Below are positions 36,807-46,400 of a DNA stretch of 64,000 nucleotides, piece by piece. Under the pieces are notes generated by a model. It did no database searches, was not told where the DNA came from, and saw only the letters and a list, made by a program, of their open reading frames with translations. Position numbers and translations under genes: made by a program. Source of the stretch: Minisyncoccota bacterium (lineage in GTDB: Bacteria > Patescibacteriota > Minisyncoccia > UBA6257 > 2-01-FULL-56-20). How positions within the stretch are numbered: position 1 is the first letter of the stretch; every line of letters begins with the position of its first letter. The stretch is from contig JANWIW010000036.1 in NCBI GenBank assembly GCA_025449695.1, positions 320 through 64,319 of the forward strand, given 5' to 3'.

Positions 36807-36906
36807 ATTTTGAGCCATGCCGTGCAGTCTTCCGCATCGGTTTAGGCTATCCAGCCGTATGTAGTTGTATTCAAATCCTATAGTGTTCCCGCGCTATAAT
36901 CAACGC

Positions 36907-37623
36907 ATGGGAATTGCTCCAATTAAGCTGAATACCGGCCTGGAAATGGAGTTCCTGCGCTGTTGCAAAAGAGAATCGTTCCAAAAGGAGGTCATGGAGC
37001 AGCGTAAGTTGTTGAACATTCCAGGCCAAGGTTTCGAATCCGCTGAGAAGTTTCTAATCCAACAGCTCTTAACTGCGAAATTAGTTGATGTGAACCAGAA
37101 ATACAAGAACTTGAACAAAGGAGCTGCTGAGATTTGTGAAAAACTAGGGTTGCCCATGTATCTGAACAATTTAGTAGAGGCCTATATGGTGCTTGGAGAT
37201 GGATTTAGGGAGTACACATACAACTCTTTTTGGTCTACGGAGGCCGGGTGTCAAATAGACAGCTTAGGAGCGCTAAGAATTGTAAAAATTTATCCTGGAG
37301 CCTCCCGACCGCGAGTACTTAAGTTTATAAATAAAAATTGGGAGATCCTTGCAGGAGGACCTACGTTCAAACAGAGAAATCAGCCCAAGTCGAAACAGCT
37401 TCGTAAACGGCCCAGGGAGGAGAGGGATGAGAAGATATATAAATACTATAAGGCCGGGCTGGTTAGGTATGATGGAAGACCGAATATAAAGAACATCCAG
37501 GAGTTAGTTAAGAAGCCCAACGACAGATTTGTCGGGTTAAAAGATGTAGATCCATTCTTCGCAAGTATGAGAACGGATACTATCCGCAACATTATCAAGA
37601 TCCAGCGCAAGAGACAGCGTTAG
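36907..37623 (+). CDS. hypothetical protein (238 aa), Lys/Arg-rich C-terminus
   Basis: ATG directly after a TATAAT box (possibly leaderless). No recognisable motif. Confidence 0.4.
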   Translation: MGIAPIKLNTGLEMEFLRCCKRESFQKEVMEQRKLLNIPGQGFESAEKFLIQQLLTAKLVDVNQKYKNLNKGAAEICEKLGLPMYLNNLVEAYMVLGDGFREYTYNSFWSTEAGCQIDSLGALRIVKIYPGASRPRVLKFINKNWEILAGGPTFKQRNQPKSKQLRKRPREERDEKIYKYYKAGLVRYDGRPNIKNIQELVKKPNDRFVGLKDVDPFFASMRTDTIRNIIKIQRKRQR

Positions 37624-37792
37624 GAATCTGTCTGGGGGACGTTAATCAGGTTCAAATAAGCAGCCTTCACGGCTACTCTTATTACTTTAAACTCGGCCTT
37701 AAAGGTCGAGATGGAACACAACGAACAAACAATTGAAGATGTTCTCGAAGAGCTGGCTCAACAGCTCGCGGACATCTTTATCGAACAAATAG

Positions 37793-38125
37793 ATGAAAAG
37801 TGCAAAACAGAAGATGAAACGCGAGATACTCCCATCTGACGCTGGAAGGCCAATGTCCGAAGAGGAAAAGGTAGGCTATCTCCAAAACTTGAATCCAATA
37901 TTGCGCACTATCGTTGAGGTGGGAGAGGCTATTCTTTCCTACCAGCCTTTTGTGCCTGTGGCCAACGATAGAGTAATTGGCGACTTGGATGAATTCCTTT
38001 TGCGGCAAAATATCTCCGAGGGATTCGAAAGCCTGGGAGCAGCCTACCGTGAGATCTCAACCAAATGCATGCTCCTGGCGGCGGCAGTAAATCTCTACAC
38101 AGACTACATAATTGATGAAGAGTAG
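37793..38125 (+). CDS. hypothetical protein (110 aa)
   Basis: Overlaps the next ORF. No motif. Confidence 0.3.
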   Translation: MKSAKQKMKREILPSDAGRPMSEEEKVGYLQNLNPILRTIVEVGEAILSYQPFVPVANDRVIGDLDEFLLRQNISEGFESLGAAYREISTKCMLLAAAVNLYTDYIIDEE

Positions 38126-38483
38126 CGCCGGAAGGTTCGTAATCCTTTACTGGTCAGCTCTGACAGATTTCGGACTTTCCATCCATGAAGCCGCGCTGCT
38201 CCAACTATACTGCAGCTTATCGAACAATAGGGGGTATTCCTACGCGAGCATAGTCACTTTGGCGCGGATCATGGGCCTGTCAAAGCAAACCATCCGCAAC
38301 CTCAACTGGTCGCTAAGCGAGGCAGAGCTGATAACTATCGCCTATCGGCAAGGGCAAAAGTTCAACCGCGTGGTGGTATCCTCCAAATGGAAATCTTACA
38401 TAGGCCTGGAGGGACATGGCGACGGTTCTTCCGTGCTTAACGAGGACCTTTGGGGAACGGACGAGGATGATAAAAAATCTTGA
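38112..38483 (+). CDS. winged-helix/HTH DNA-binding protein, replication-initiator or regulator-like
   Basis: YSYASIVTLARIMGLSKQTIRNLNWSLSEAELI is an HTH of the kind found in phage/plasmid replication-organiser proteins. Confidence 0.4.
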   Translation: MMKSSAGRFVILYWSALTDFGLSIHEAALLQLYCSLSNNRGYSYASIVTLARIMGLSKQTIRNLNWSLSEAELITIAYRQGQKFNRVVVSSKWKSYIGLEGHGDGSSVLNEDLWGTDEDDKKS

Positions 38484-38659
38484 GGGGTGTCGGAGAGAGT
38501 CAAAAAATTGGGGCTGGGGAGCTCAAAATAGTTTATGCGCCGGGCTCCAATTTCTTGAGCCAATATATATAAATGATAAGAATAAAAATAACTTGTAATT
38601 GCATCCTTCGGATCAATTACACTCTCTCTAATTTAAATTAGGGTGCCATCCCTTAAAAA

Positions 38660-40456
38660 GTGTTGGAAAATAAAAAGATGGAAAACAACAAAGTTGCGGC
38701 GATCTACTGCCGCGTCAGCACGGAGGACCAGGCCACCCATGGGATCTCCATAGAAGCGCAGGAGAGGGTGTGCGGCGAGGTCATCGAAAAAGAAGGGTAC
38801 GCCCTGCTTGAGGTCATCAAAGACGAGGGCAAGAGCGGCGGGAACCTGAACCGAGCAGGCATTAAGAGGCTAAAAGAACTCTGCGAGAAGAAGCTCATTA
38901 CCGCCGTTTTCATGGTCCATGCGGACCGCCTCTCCCGCAACACGGCCGACTACATCGGCATGATGGACTTCTTCAAAGAGAAAGGCGTCATGGTCCGCTT
39001 CGTATATCAGCCAACGATGGACCGCAGCACCGCCACCGGACAAACCATGGACACCGTGATGGCGGTGTTCAACGAACACTTCCGCCTGACCATCAAAGAG
39101 AAGACGAAGGCCACGCTCGACCAAAAGGCAAAGGCTGGGCTCTTCCCCGGCACCGCACCGTTAGGCTACATGAACGTGGACAATCCCTCGCCAACAAAGA
39201 TAGGCAAGCGCATCATCGCGCCTGACCCCGTAGGCGCTCCGTTCGTCCAGGAAGCCTTTAAGCTTTATGCCACAGGCAACTATAACGGCTTCGAGCTGAA
39301 CGAAATGATGTACCGGAAGGGTTTCCGCACCAAACGGGGCCTGAAGGTCCACCTAAGCCGCTTCTACGGCATGCTGGTGAACCCCATCTACGTCGGCGAA
39401 CTGCATTGGGGTGACATCCATCTCTCCAGGGCGCAGCACGAACCGCTTATAGACCGTGACCTGTTTGATAAAGTGCAGCGGGTCATGGCGGCGCATAACA
39501 AGCATGCCACTCGGAAGAGGAAATACACATTCCTCCTGCGAGGGTTCCTGAGGTGTCAGGAGCACCGGGACCGCAAGTACACGGCAGGACACACGGCCAA
39601 GCCCAGCGGCCTCATCTTTTCCTACTACCACTGTACGAACCGCTTCGGTTGTGCAGGCGGCTATGTGGACACGGATACACTGGAAGGTGAGGTGGCCTTG
39701 GAGTTTAAAAGACTGAAGTTTTCGGAAAGCTTCACAAACCGGGTCATCGGGAAAGCGAAGGCCGAGTTCGATGCCCGGCGCAAATCTTATGAACAGAAGA
39801 TAGCTCGCTTGGATGGCCAAAGGAATAAGCTATTTGCCCGCCGAAAGATCGCGGAGACCAAGATGTTCTCCGGCGTGCTTTCGGACGATGACTTTACCCG
39901 GATCAGGCAGGAGATAGCCGATGAGGTGAAGGTTATAGACGGCGAAAAGGCGAAGCTCGAGCAGCAGGACCACATACGGGTGGATATCGCTCAGGAGATA
40001 ACGGCTTTTATGCGAGATATGTACGCCACGTACAAAAAGGCTCATCCCATCCAGCAACGCCATTACCTAAACCTGTTCTTTGAACATCTGTTTGTCTATA
40101 AGGGCAAGGTCCAAGAGGTCGCGTGGAGCGGCCTCTTTGCTTCTTTGCTCAATTTGCAACATATAGAACAACAGAAAACCACAGGGAATATGGACCCAGT
40201 TAAAATAAGCTATGCCTGGGGTGCCCGACGGGATTTGAACCCGCAACCACTTCTGCCACAGAGAAGTGCTCTACCGTTGAGCTACGGGCACCATAGGTAC
40301 GGCGCAATTCTACCGCACCGCAGCCGATCCTTCAATCTTCATTCTGTATTAGGCCGTCTGCACTACGCTGGGGAATACGCGGAGGCCATCTGGACACCGC
40401 CTCGTGAAAAGTCCTACAATAGGAGGACTTCGCCGGACCGCACATCCCAAACATGA
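38660..40456 (+). CDS. large serine recombinase (resolvase/invertase N-domain, recombinase domain, zinc-ribbon); 3' tail reads antisense through tRNA-His
   Basis: AAIYCRVSTEDQ...S catalytic Ser region, YVGELHWGDIHLSRAQHEPLIDRDLFDKVQ recombinase domain, Cys cluster CQEHRDRKY...YYHCTNRFGC. No in-frame stop until the ATGA overlap with ftsH. The last ~80 codons lie antisense to tRNA-His and are low complexity. Confidence 0.75.
   Translation: MLENKKMENNKVAAIYCRVSTEDQATHGISIEAQERVCGEVIEKEGYALLEVIKDEGKSGGNLNRAGIKRLKELCEKKLITAVFMVHADRLSRNTADYIGMMDFFKEKGVMVRFVYQPTMDRSTATGQTMDTVMAVFNEHFRLTIKEKTKATLDQKAKAGLFPGTAPLGYMNVDNPSPTKIGKRIIAPDPVGAPFVQEAFKLYATGNYNGFELNEMMYRKGFRTKRGLKVHLSRFYGMLVNPIYVGELHWGDIHLSRAQHEPLIDRDLFDKVQRVMAAHNKHATRKRKYTFLLRGFLRCQEHRDRKYTAGHTAKPSGLIFSYYHCTNRFGCAGGYVDTDTLEGEVALEFKRLKFSESFTNRVIGKAKAEFDARRKSYEQKIARLDGQRNKLFARRKIAETKMFSGVLSDDDFTRIRQEIADEVKVIDGEKAKLEQQDHIRVDIAQEITAFMRDMYATYKKAHPIQQRHYLNLFFEHLFVYKGKVQEVAWSGLFASLLNLQHIEQQKTTGNMDPVKISYAWGARRDLNPQPLLPQRSALPLSYGHHRYGAILPHRSRSFNLHSVLGRLHYAGEYAEAIWTPPREKSYNRRTSPDRTSQT
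40217..40292 (-). tRNA. tRNA-His(GTG) with encoded G-1 and CCA
   Basis: G-1 + GTGCCCG acceptor pairing with C73, anticodon loop CTGTGGC, T-arm GCGGG-TTCAAAT-CCCGT, 3' CCA encoded. Confidence 0.9.
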
Positions 40457-42285
40457 GGAATTTCACCAAGAACTTCGCCTGGGCCATCGTCGCCCTCATC
40501 GCCATCGCGCTCGTCTTCTCCTTCCTGAACTCCACGGGCACTCCGACCCGCACCATCAGCCTGAACGACCTCGCCGCGAAGATAACCAACGGGCAGATCA
40601 AGGATATCAAGGTCTCCGGCGACGCCATCAACGTCACCCTGACCGACGACTCCAAGGCCGTGGCGAAAAAAGAGGACGGCTCTTCGCTCACCGAGACCTT
40701 CAGGAACCTCGGCGTGGAGCCCAACGCCCTGCAGCAGGTCAATTTCGAGGTGGCCTCGGAGTCAGGCATCCAGTTCTGGGCGGGCATCCTGGTCCCCACG
40801 CTCCTGCCCATACTTCTCATCGGCTTCATCTTCTGGATTATGTTCCGGCAGGCCCGCACGGGCGCGAATCAGGCGTTCAGCTTCGGACGCTCCGGCATCA
40901 AGCTCGGCGGCCTGGGCAAGGAAAAATACACTTTTGCGGACGTGGCCGGCCTGAAGGAGGCGAAAGAAGAGCTTATCGAGATCGTGGACTTCCTGAAGAC
41001 CCCGCAGAAGTTCCTTGACCTTGGCGCGAAGATCCCCCGTGGCGTCCTCATGGTCGGGCCTCCGGGCTCCGGCAAGACGCTTCTCGCGCGCGCGGTCGCG
41101 GGCGAAGCGGGCGTGCCGTTCTTCCACATCTCCGCCTCCGAGTTCGTGGAGATGTTCGTCGGCGTGGGCGCCTCCCGCACGCGGGACGCTTTCCAGACCG
41201 CCAAGAAAGCCGCCCCGGCCATCCTTTTCATAGACGAGATAGACGCCGTGGGACGCCAGCGCGGCACCGGCATGGGCGGCGGCAACGACGAGCGGGAACA
41301 GACCCTGAACCAGATCCTGGTGGAGATGGACGGCTTCGAGCGGGACACCCAGCTCATCGTGCTCGCGGCCACGAACCGCCCCGACGTCCTCGATCCAGCG
41401 CTCCTCCGTCCCGGCCGCTTCGACCGCCACGTGGTGCTCGACCTGCCGGACATCAACGACCGCGAGGCGATACTGAAGATCCACGCCCGCGGCAAGCCGC
41501 TCAAGGAAGGGGTGGACCTGCGCCGCATCGCCGTGCGCACGCCGGGCTTCTCCGGCGCTGACCTCGCGAACCTCATCAACGAGGCGGCGATCCTGACCGC
41601 CCGCCAGAACAAGAAAGAGATCGAGCTGCAGGAGCTCTTCAACGCCGTGGAGAAGGTCATTCTCGGGCCGGAACGCCGCTCCCGCTTCATCTCCCAGAAG
41701 GAGCGCGAGATCACCGCCTACCACGAGGGCGGCCATGCGCTGGTCGCGGCCTCGGTCATCGGCGCGGACCCCGTCCACAAGATATCCATCGTTTCCCGAG
41801 GCATGGCCGGCGGATACACCATGAAACTGCCCCTGGAGGACCGCCACCTGCGCACCAAGACCCAGTTCCTCGCGGACATCGCCATGGCCCTCGGCGGCTT
41901 CGTGTCCGAGGAGCTCACCTTCGGCGATGTCTCAACCGGTGCCTCGAACGACCTAAAGGAAGCTACCGCGCTCGCGAGAAAGCTCGTGACCCGCTACGGC
42001 ATGAGCGCCCTCGGCCCGCTCACCTTCGGCAAGGACGAGATGCACCCCTTCCTCGGGCGGGAGATCTCGGGCGACAAGGATTATTCGGAGGATACCGCCA
42101 GGCGGATAGACCAGGAGGTGCGGGCCTTCATCGATCGGGCGAACGTGGTGGCGCACAAAGTGCTGACCTCGAACAAAAAAGCCCTGAAGGTCCTGGCTGC
42201 GGCATTGATGGAAAAAGAGACCTTGGAGCAAGAGGAGTTCAACGAGATCCTGAAGCCGTTCAAGATAAAGCCGGTGGCCATATAA
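40453..42285 (+). CDS. ftsH: ATP-dependent zinc metalloprotease FtsH
   Basis: Two N-terminal TM helices, AAA+ Walker A GPPGSGKT, Walker B ILFIDEID, second region of homology, HEGGHAL zinc site. Confidence 0.97.
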   Translation: MRNFTKNFAWAIVALIAIALVFSFLNSTGTPTRTISLNDLAAKITNGQIKDIKVSGDAINVTLTDDSKAVAKKEDGSSLTETFRNLGVEPNALQQVNFEVASESGIQFWAGILVPTLLPILLIGFIFWIMFRQARTGANQAFSFGRSGIKLGGLGKEKYTFADVAGLKEAKEELIEIVDFLKTPQKFLDLGAKIPRGVLMVGPPGSGKTLLARAVAGEAGVPFFHISASEFVEMFVGVGASRTRDAFQTAKKAAPAILFIDEIDAVGRQRGTGMGGGNDEREQTLNQILVEMDGFERDTQLIVLAATNRPDVLDPALLRPGRFDRHVVLDLPDINDREAILKIHARGKPLKEGVDLRRIAVRTPGFSGADLANLINEAAILTARQNKKEIELQELFNAVEKVILGPERRSRFISQKEREITAYHEGGHALVAASVIGADPVHKISIVSRGMAGGYTMKLPLEDRHLRTKTQFLADIAMALGGFVSEELTFGDVSTGASNDLKEATALARKLVTRYGMSALGPLTFGKDEMHPFLGREISGDKDYSEDTARRIDQEVRAFIDRANVVAHKVLTSNKKALKVLAAALMEKETLEQEEFNEILKPFKIKPVAI

Positions 42286-42294
42286 AACGAAACG

Positions 42295-42321
42295 CCTCCG
42301 GTTGCACGTGCAGCCCGGAGG
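42295..42321. terminator. bidirectional terminator hairpin between convergent genes
   Basis: CCTCCGG-TTGCACGTGCAGC-CCGGAGG. Confidence 0.6.
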
Positions 42322-42374
42322 GTTCTGTTTCTGTGCGCTGCGGTGAACCGCAGCGCGACCGACGAACTCGCAAT

Positions 42375-43151
42375 TCAGCGGGAGTCCTGTCGGTCCTGCT
42401 CCACCTCATCCGCGACCGGGGATCCGGGATCGTCACTGGGCTCGGCATCGGTCTTCAGGGTCGCAACGACGACCTGGGTACCGCCCTGCAGCTTGATGTT
42501 GACGTCGGCGTTCAGAGCGGCGGTCGTGTCGGCATCTTGCGCAGGAGTAACCCGCAGCTCGGAACCGTTCACGTCAGCGACGTTCTCGGTGTCGGTCGCG
42601 GCGGCGGTCGTGTCGCGCGTCTCGGAATCGTTCTTCTTGTCCGCAGCGGCGACGTTGGCCGTCGCGTTATCCGGCGAAGCCTTCTGCACGATGTCGCGGG
42701 CGAGAGTGCCGTCTTCGCCGGCAGATTCGGTCTGCGCCTGGGTGCCATTGTTCACAGTTGTGTGATCGAAGAGGCTGTCCCGCGCGCGGTCCTGCTGCAT
42801 GAGCTCGCCCGAAGGAGAGGCGGCGGCGCTCGCCGCCGAGTCGTTGGGGGCAACTTCACCAGCCGCCGCGGGCTCGAGGGTCGTCGCCACGTTGAGGTGG
42901 TTGTTGGTGTTGCTGACAGGAGATGCGACGTAGGCCCTGGAAGCGGTGCCTGCCTTGTCGCTCGCCAAAGTGATTGCCGGGTTCGCGTCGAGACCGGCCA
43001 CAGGTGGAGTCGTGATCGTCGCCGAATTCCGCAGCGTCGTTGCCGGGGAGTTGTCGGAGGTCGCAGCCGTCGCGGCCAGCAGTACCGGCATTGCGGCGAG
43101 AGCGAGGGCGATCACCATGAGGGGAATGAGAAACCGTATCGTCTTCTTCAT
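42375..43151 (-). CDS. secreted low-complexity Ala/Thr/Asp-rich protein
   Basis: Signal peptide MKKTIRFLIPLMVIALALAAMPVLLAATAA, then compositionally biased sequence. Confidence 0.4.
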   Translation of the reverse strand: MKKTIRFLIPLMVIALALAAMPVLLAATAATSDNSPATTLRNSATITTPPVAGLDANPAITLASDKAGTASRAYVASPVSNTNNHLNVATTLEPAAAGEVAPNDSAASAAASPSGELMQQDRARDSLFDHTTVNNGTQAQTESAGEDGTLARDIVQKASPDNATANVAAADKKNDSETRDTTAAATDTENVADVNGSELRVTPAQDADTTAALNADVNIKLQGGTQVVVATLKTDAEPSDDPGSPVADEVEQDRQDSR

Positions 43152-43659
43152 GTTTCTCCTCGTACGGACGTTTAGTGTCATCGGGGATGTCGGCGTGGGT
43201 GGCGCGCCAGAGTGCGTTGGGTAGGTAAGTGAAACGTCAATCAAGTAACCCACTACTCAGTGCTCGGCATTAACGCGGCCGTCGCGTCAGCATCCTTTTC
43301 AGACAATCATATCTAGCGTCCTCCTATTTGTCAGACACACAACAATTCAGTTGTGAACGTACTCTGTGGCACCCATGCCCCCCAGATAGTTGAAAAGTAC
43401 CATGTATGCAAATTCCGTCAACCTTATGTATCCCCAGGTAATCCGGCAACCCGTTTGCCGGATACATATTCTGAAAATTCCTTGTATTTCCTACAAAGAA
43501 AGCATCTCCGTAACTCGATCGAAGGATGGATATTCGACAAAGCCCTCCTTCGCCAAGGCTTCGGAAGGACGCAGCGCGGGGCACAGCCCCACTTCGCTCT
43601 TTCGAGCTACGCGAGGCACAGCAAAATCTAAGCCTCGATTACTCGGCAAGATTTTTTAG

Positions 43660-43732
43660 TGCGCGTGCCTGGACTCGAACCAGGAACCGCCAAGGTATAA
43701 GCTTGGTGCTCTAACCATTGAGCTACACGCGC
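43660..43732 (-). tRNA. tRNA-Ile(TAT)
   Basis: GCGCGTG acceptor, GCTC-AATGGTTA-GAGC D-arm, anticodon stem CCAAG/CTTGG with loop CTTATAC, CCTGG-TTCGAGT-CCAGG T-arm, discriminator A. Confidence 0.75.
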
Positions 43733-43782
43733 AATTGCTTTCACTGCCGCGGCGGCGCGGAGCATCCGGCAAAGCGCATTTA

Positions 43783-43815
43783 CTATAAACTAAAAACTTT
43801 AAACTAAAAACTATC
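43783..43815. repeat. tandem heptamer array (AACTAAA units) abutting a stop codon
   Basis: actataaactaaaaactttaaactaaaaactat. Confidence 0.8.
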
Positions 43816-44407
43816 TCACTATTCCGTCGAAGCGATCCATGGCCTGGCCGGCCTGGCTGTTGAAGCTGTTGATGGCGCGCACTTCCGCATTGATGTTGGC
43901 CACAAGGATACCTATGTCGCTCGGCTTGCCCCGGCCGGTCTCGAAATGGGCCTCAAGGGCTATGATCAGGCGGCCTACCTCGTCGGTGTAACCGATCAGA
44001 CGGTTCTCGAGCGCGAGGCGGAGCGATATGGAATCCAGGGCCGCCTGCTGGGCGGCATCATTCGTGATGTCGGGAATGGCAAGAGTCATGACCTGCAGCT
44101 CCTTTGAGAGATCGATGGCGTGGGTACGGACACTGGCATTCTTGTCGCCCACCTCCTTGAGGATCGCGAGTGCTTCCTGGTACTGCCCTTGGCGGTCCAG
44201 CTCGTTCACCTTGGCGATGTCGGCCACAATGGCGTTCGATGAGTTCACGATATCCTGGGCGATCACCGCGCTTTTTGCACGCGCCTCATAAAACTGCTGG
44301 GGAACGCCCACATGGGGCGCGAAGACCACGCGCAAGACAAAGTAGGTGATGAGGCCCACGCCGAAGATCACGAAGAAAAGGATGAGCCGACGGTTTCTTG
44401 TTTTCAT
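43811..44407 (-). CDS. membrane-anchored hypothetical protein (198 aa)
   Basis: N-terminal TM helix (LILFFVIFGVGLITYFVL), then a soluble coiled region. Confidence 0.45.
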   Translation of the reverse strand: MKTRNRRLILFFVIFGVGLITYFVLRVVFAPHVGVPQQFYEARAKSAVIAQDIVNSSNAIVADIAKVNELDRQGQYQEALAILKEVGDKNASVRTHAIDLSKELQVMTLAIPDITNDAAQQAALDSISLRLALENRLIGYTDEVGRLIIALEAHFETGRGKPSDIGILVANINAEVRAINSFNSQAGQAMDRFDGIVR

Positions 44408-44612
44408 AAGATATCATTCGTAGCAGGTTATTTGTACGCGATTTCAGATGAAGAATCAAGGAGACTCGCTCCGCTTCTCATGGCATTGAGAAACGAGTCC
44501 GGAACGGTTAGAATCTACTGTTGAAAATGGTCCGCATTCGCGACGGACCGAAACCCTCCTTCGCGGTCATTCAGCGGGCTTCGCCCGCCGAAGCCCGCTA
44601 CGGCGGGCGAAG

Positions 44613-44683
44613 GCGGGTATCGTATAACGGTATTACCTCAGATTTCCAATCTGATGACAGGGGTCCGACTCCCCTTACCCGCT
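44613..44683 (+). tRNA. tRNA-Gly(TCC), atypical TCCGACT T-loop
   Basis: Near-identical in layout to enterobacterial tRNA-Gly(UCC): GCGGGTATCGTATAACGGTATTACCTCAGATTTCCAATCTGATGACAGGGGTCCGACTCCCCTTACCCGCT. T-loop has C at position 54 instead of U. Confidence 0.75.
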
Positions 44684-44684
44684 C

Positions 44685-44708
44685 AAAAAATCATAGGGAT
44701 GATTTTTT
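44685..44708 (+). terminator. AT-rich hairpin after tRNA-Gly
   Basis: AAAAAATCAT-AGGG-ATGATTTTTT. Confidence 0.5.
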
Positions 44709-44827
44709 GAGCGAGGCTCGCCCGGTACTCCATGGCGGCCCGCTCACTTATAAAATCTTGCCCATGTACTCAAGGCTTAGATTTTCTTAATACCCCGTAC
44801 TGCGGCACCAGGTGGTATACTGTGTCC

Positions 44828-45130
44828 ATGAGCGAATCGCTTTACGAGCCGACGCCCGCAGACCGCCCCTTTCAGGGCATGGACGTCGAACGGGTTCGCA
44901 AAGAGTTCGCCGGCGAGCTGGCGGCCGCCCTCGTGGGGAAGGCCGACAATTTGGAGTTGGATGTCGTGCGCCGCTTCGGGCAAGGGACTCTTATCCCCAC
45001 TTTGAGCGGAAAGGAGTTCGCGCTTATAGACGAGCTGATCGGCCGCGTCGAAGATCCCAACTTGCGCGCTTCGCTCCAGGAGCATTACGGCGGCATCCAG
45101 AGCCAGGACGTGGACCTGCTCACAAACTAG
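44828..45130 (+). CDS. hypothetical protein (100 aa)
   Basis: Start at MSESLYEPTP. No motif. Convergent with tyrS, with a 4-nt overlap. Confidence 0.4.
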   Translation: MSESLYEPTPADRPFQGMDVERVRKEFAGELAAALVGKADNLELDVVRRFGQGTLIPTLSGKEFALIDELIGRVEDPNLRASLQEHYGGIQSQDVDLLTN

Positions 45131-46329
45131 GCCGCGATCCGGAAAAAGTGGCGTTTGCCCACTTTGAGCGTCTCCCCTTCTTTAATGATCAGCTTTGCGC
45201 TGGGATCTTTCAGCACCTCATCACCCACCCTCACCGACCCCGCGCTTATCAGTCTGCGGGCCTCGCTCTTACTGGATACGACCTCCGTTTTCATGACGAT
45301 GTCCAAAACACGGATATCCTCACGCGTGTTGATCTTGAGCGGCGGAAGTTCCGCGGCGGCCATGTCCTTTTTCGAGAAGAGCGTCTCCCACTCTTTGGCT
45401 GCCTTCTTGGCGGCGGCCTCGCCGTGGTATAGCTTCACGACCTCGAATGCCAACCTCTGCTTGGAAAGCTTGGGGCTCTCTTTGGTAAGTTCGCTCTTCC
45501 ATGCCTTCTCGTCCACGTTCGTGACGCACTGGAAGTATTCCGCGATGAGCTCATCGCGCAACGCCATAGTCTTTCCGAACTGCTCCTGCGGCGCGTCCGC
45601 GATGTTGATGACATTGCCCCAAGTGGTGGACATCTTGCGGCCATCGGTGCCGACGAGCATGCCGGTGATGAGTACGTCCTGGGGGTTTTGCCCGTAATGC
45701 GCCTGGATCTTCCTGCCCGCAAGCAGGTTGAAGGTCTGGTCGGTGCCGCCCAGCTCCACGTCCGCCTTCACGGCAACGGAGTCGTAGCCCTGCATAATAG
45801 GATAGGTCAGCTCCCGCAAGCTGATCGATTTGTGGTTCGCCCAACGCTCCCTGAAATTTTCCCTTTCCATCATCTGCTGAATGGTGAATATTTCCGCCAG
45901 GTCCAATACATCCCGGAAGCTGAGTTTGCCGAGCCATTCGCTGTTGTGCCGCACTTCTGTCTTTTTCATGTCCAATATCTTGCCGATCTGGGGAAGGTAT
46001 GTCTTGAGGTTGGCTTTTATGTCCTTCTCGGCAAGCATTGGCCGCTTGGCAAGCTTATCGGAAGGATCGCCGATCAAGGCGGTATAGTCACCGATAATGA
46101 GGACGATTTGGTGGCCCAGGTCTTGGAACTCGCGCAGCTTCCACAGCACTACCGCGCGGCCGATGTGGATTTTCGCGCCCGTAGGATCGATGCCCAGCTT
46201 CACCCGGAGCTTCTTGCCGCTCCGGAGCGCTGCGGCGAGATGATCTCGCTCGACGATCTCTTCCACGTTGCGTGCGAGAAGGCGCTCTATCTGCCCTGCT
46301 TTGGACGCCATATGGCTCGATTGTAGCAC
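45127..46329 (-). CDS. tyrS: tyrosine--tRNA ligase
   Basis: HIG-type motif GIDPTGAKIHIGRAV, KMSTT (KMSKS variant), C-terminal S4 RNA-binding domain. Confidence 0.95.
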   Translation of the reverse strand: MLQSSHMASKAGQIERLLARNVEEIVERDHLAAALRSGKKLRVKLGIDPTGAKIHIGRAVVLWKLREFQDLGHQIVLIIGDYTALIGDPSDKLAKRPMLAEKDIKANLKTYLPQIGKILDMKKTEVRHNSEWLGKLSFRDVLDLAEIFTIQQMMERENFRERWANHKSISLRELTYPIMQGYDSVAVKADVELGGTDQTFNLLAGRKIQAHYGQNPQDVLITGMLVGTDGRKMSTTWGNVINIADAPQEQFGKTMALRDELIAEYFQCVTNVDEKAWKSELTKESPKLSKQRLAFEVVKLYHGEAAAKKAAKEWETLFSKKDMAAAELPPLKINTREDIRVLDIVMKTEVVSSKSEARRLISAGSVRVGDEVLKDPSAKLIIKEGETLKVGKRHFFRIAA

Positions 46330-46400
46330 AAAGGGACGCTGGTGGGCGTCCCTTCGTTTGAATCCTTCGCCGGGCCCCTAAAGGGACTTCCTGCGGTCGC

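Noticed and set aside
40210-40456. C-terminal ~80 codons of the recombinase ORF as a real protein domain
   Set aside because: This segment is the reverse complement of tRNA-His plus low-complexity sequence. It is kept in the CDS coordinates only because no stop codon intervenes.
40762-41847. 361-aa and 281-aa minus-strand ORFs
   Set aside because: Antisense to ftsH.
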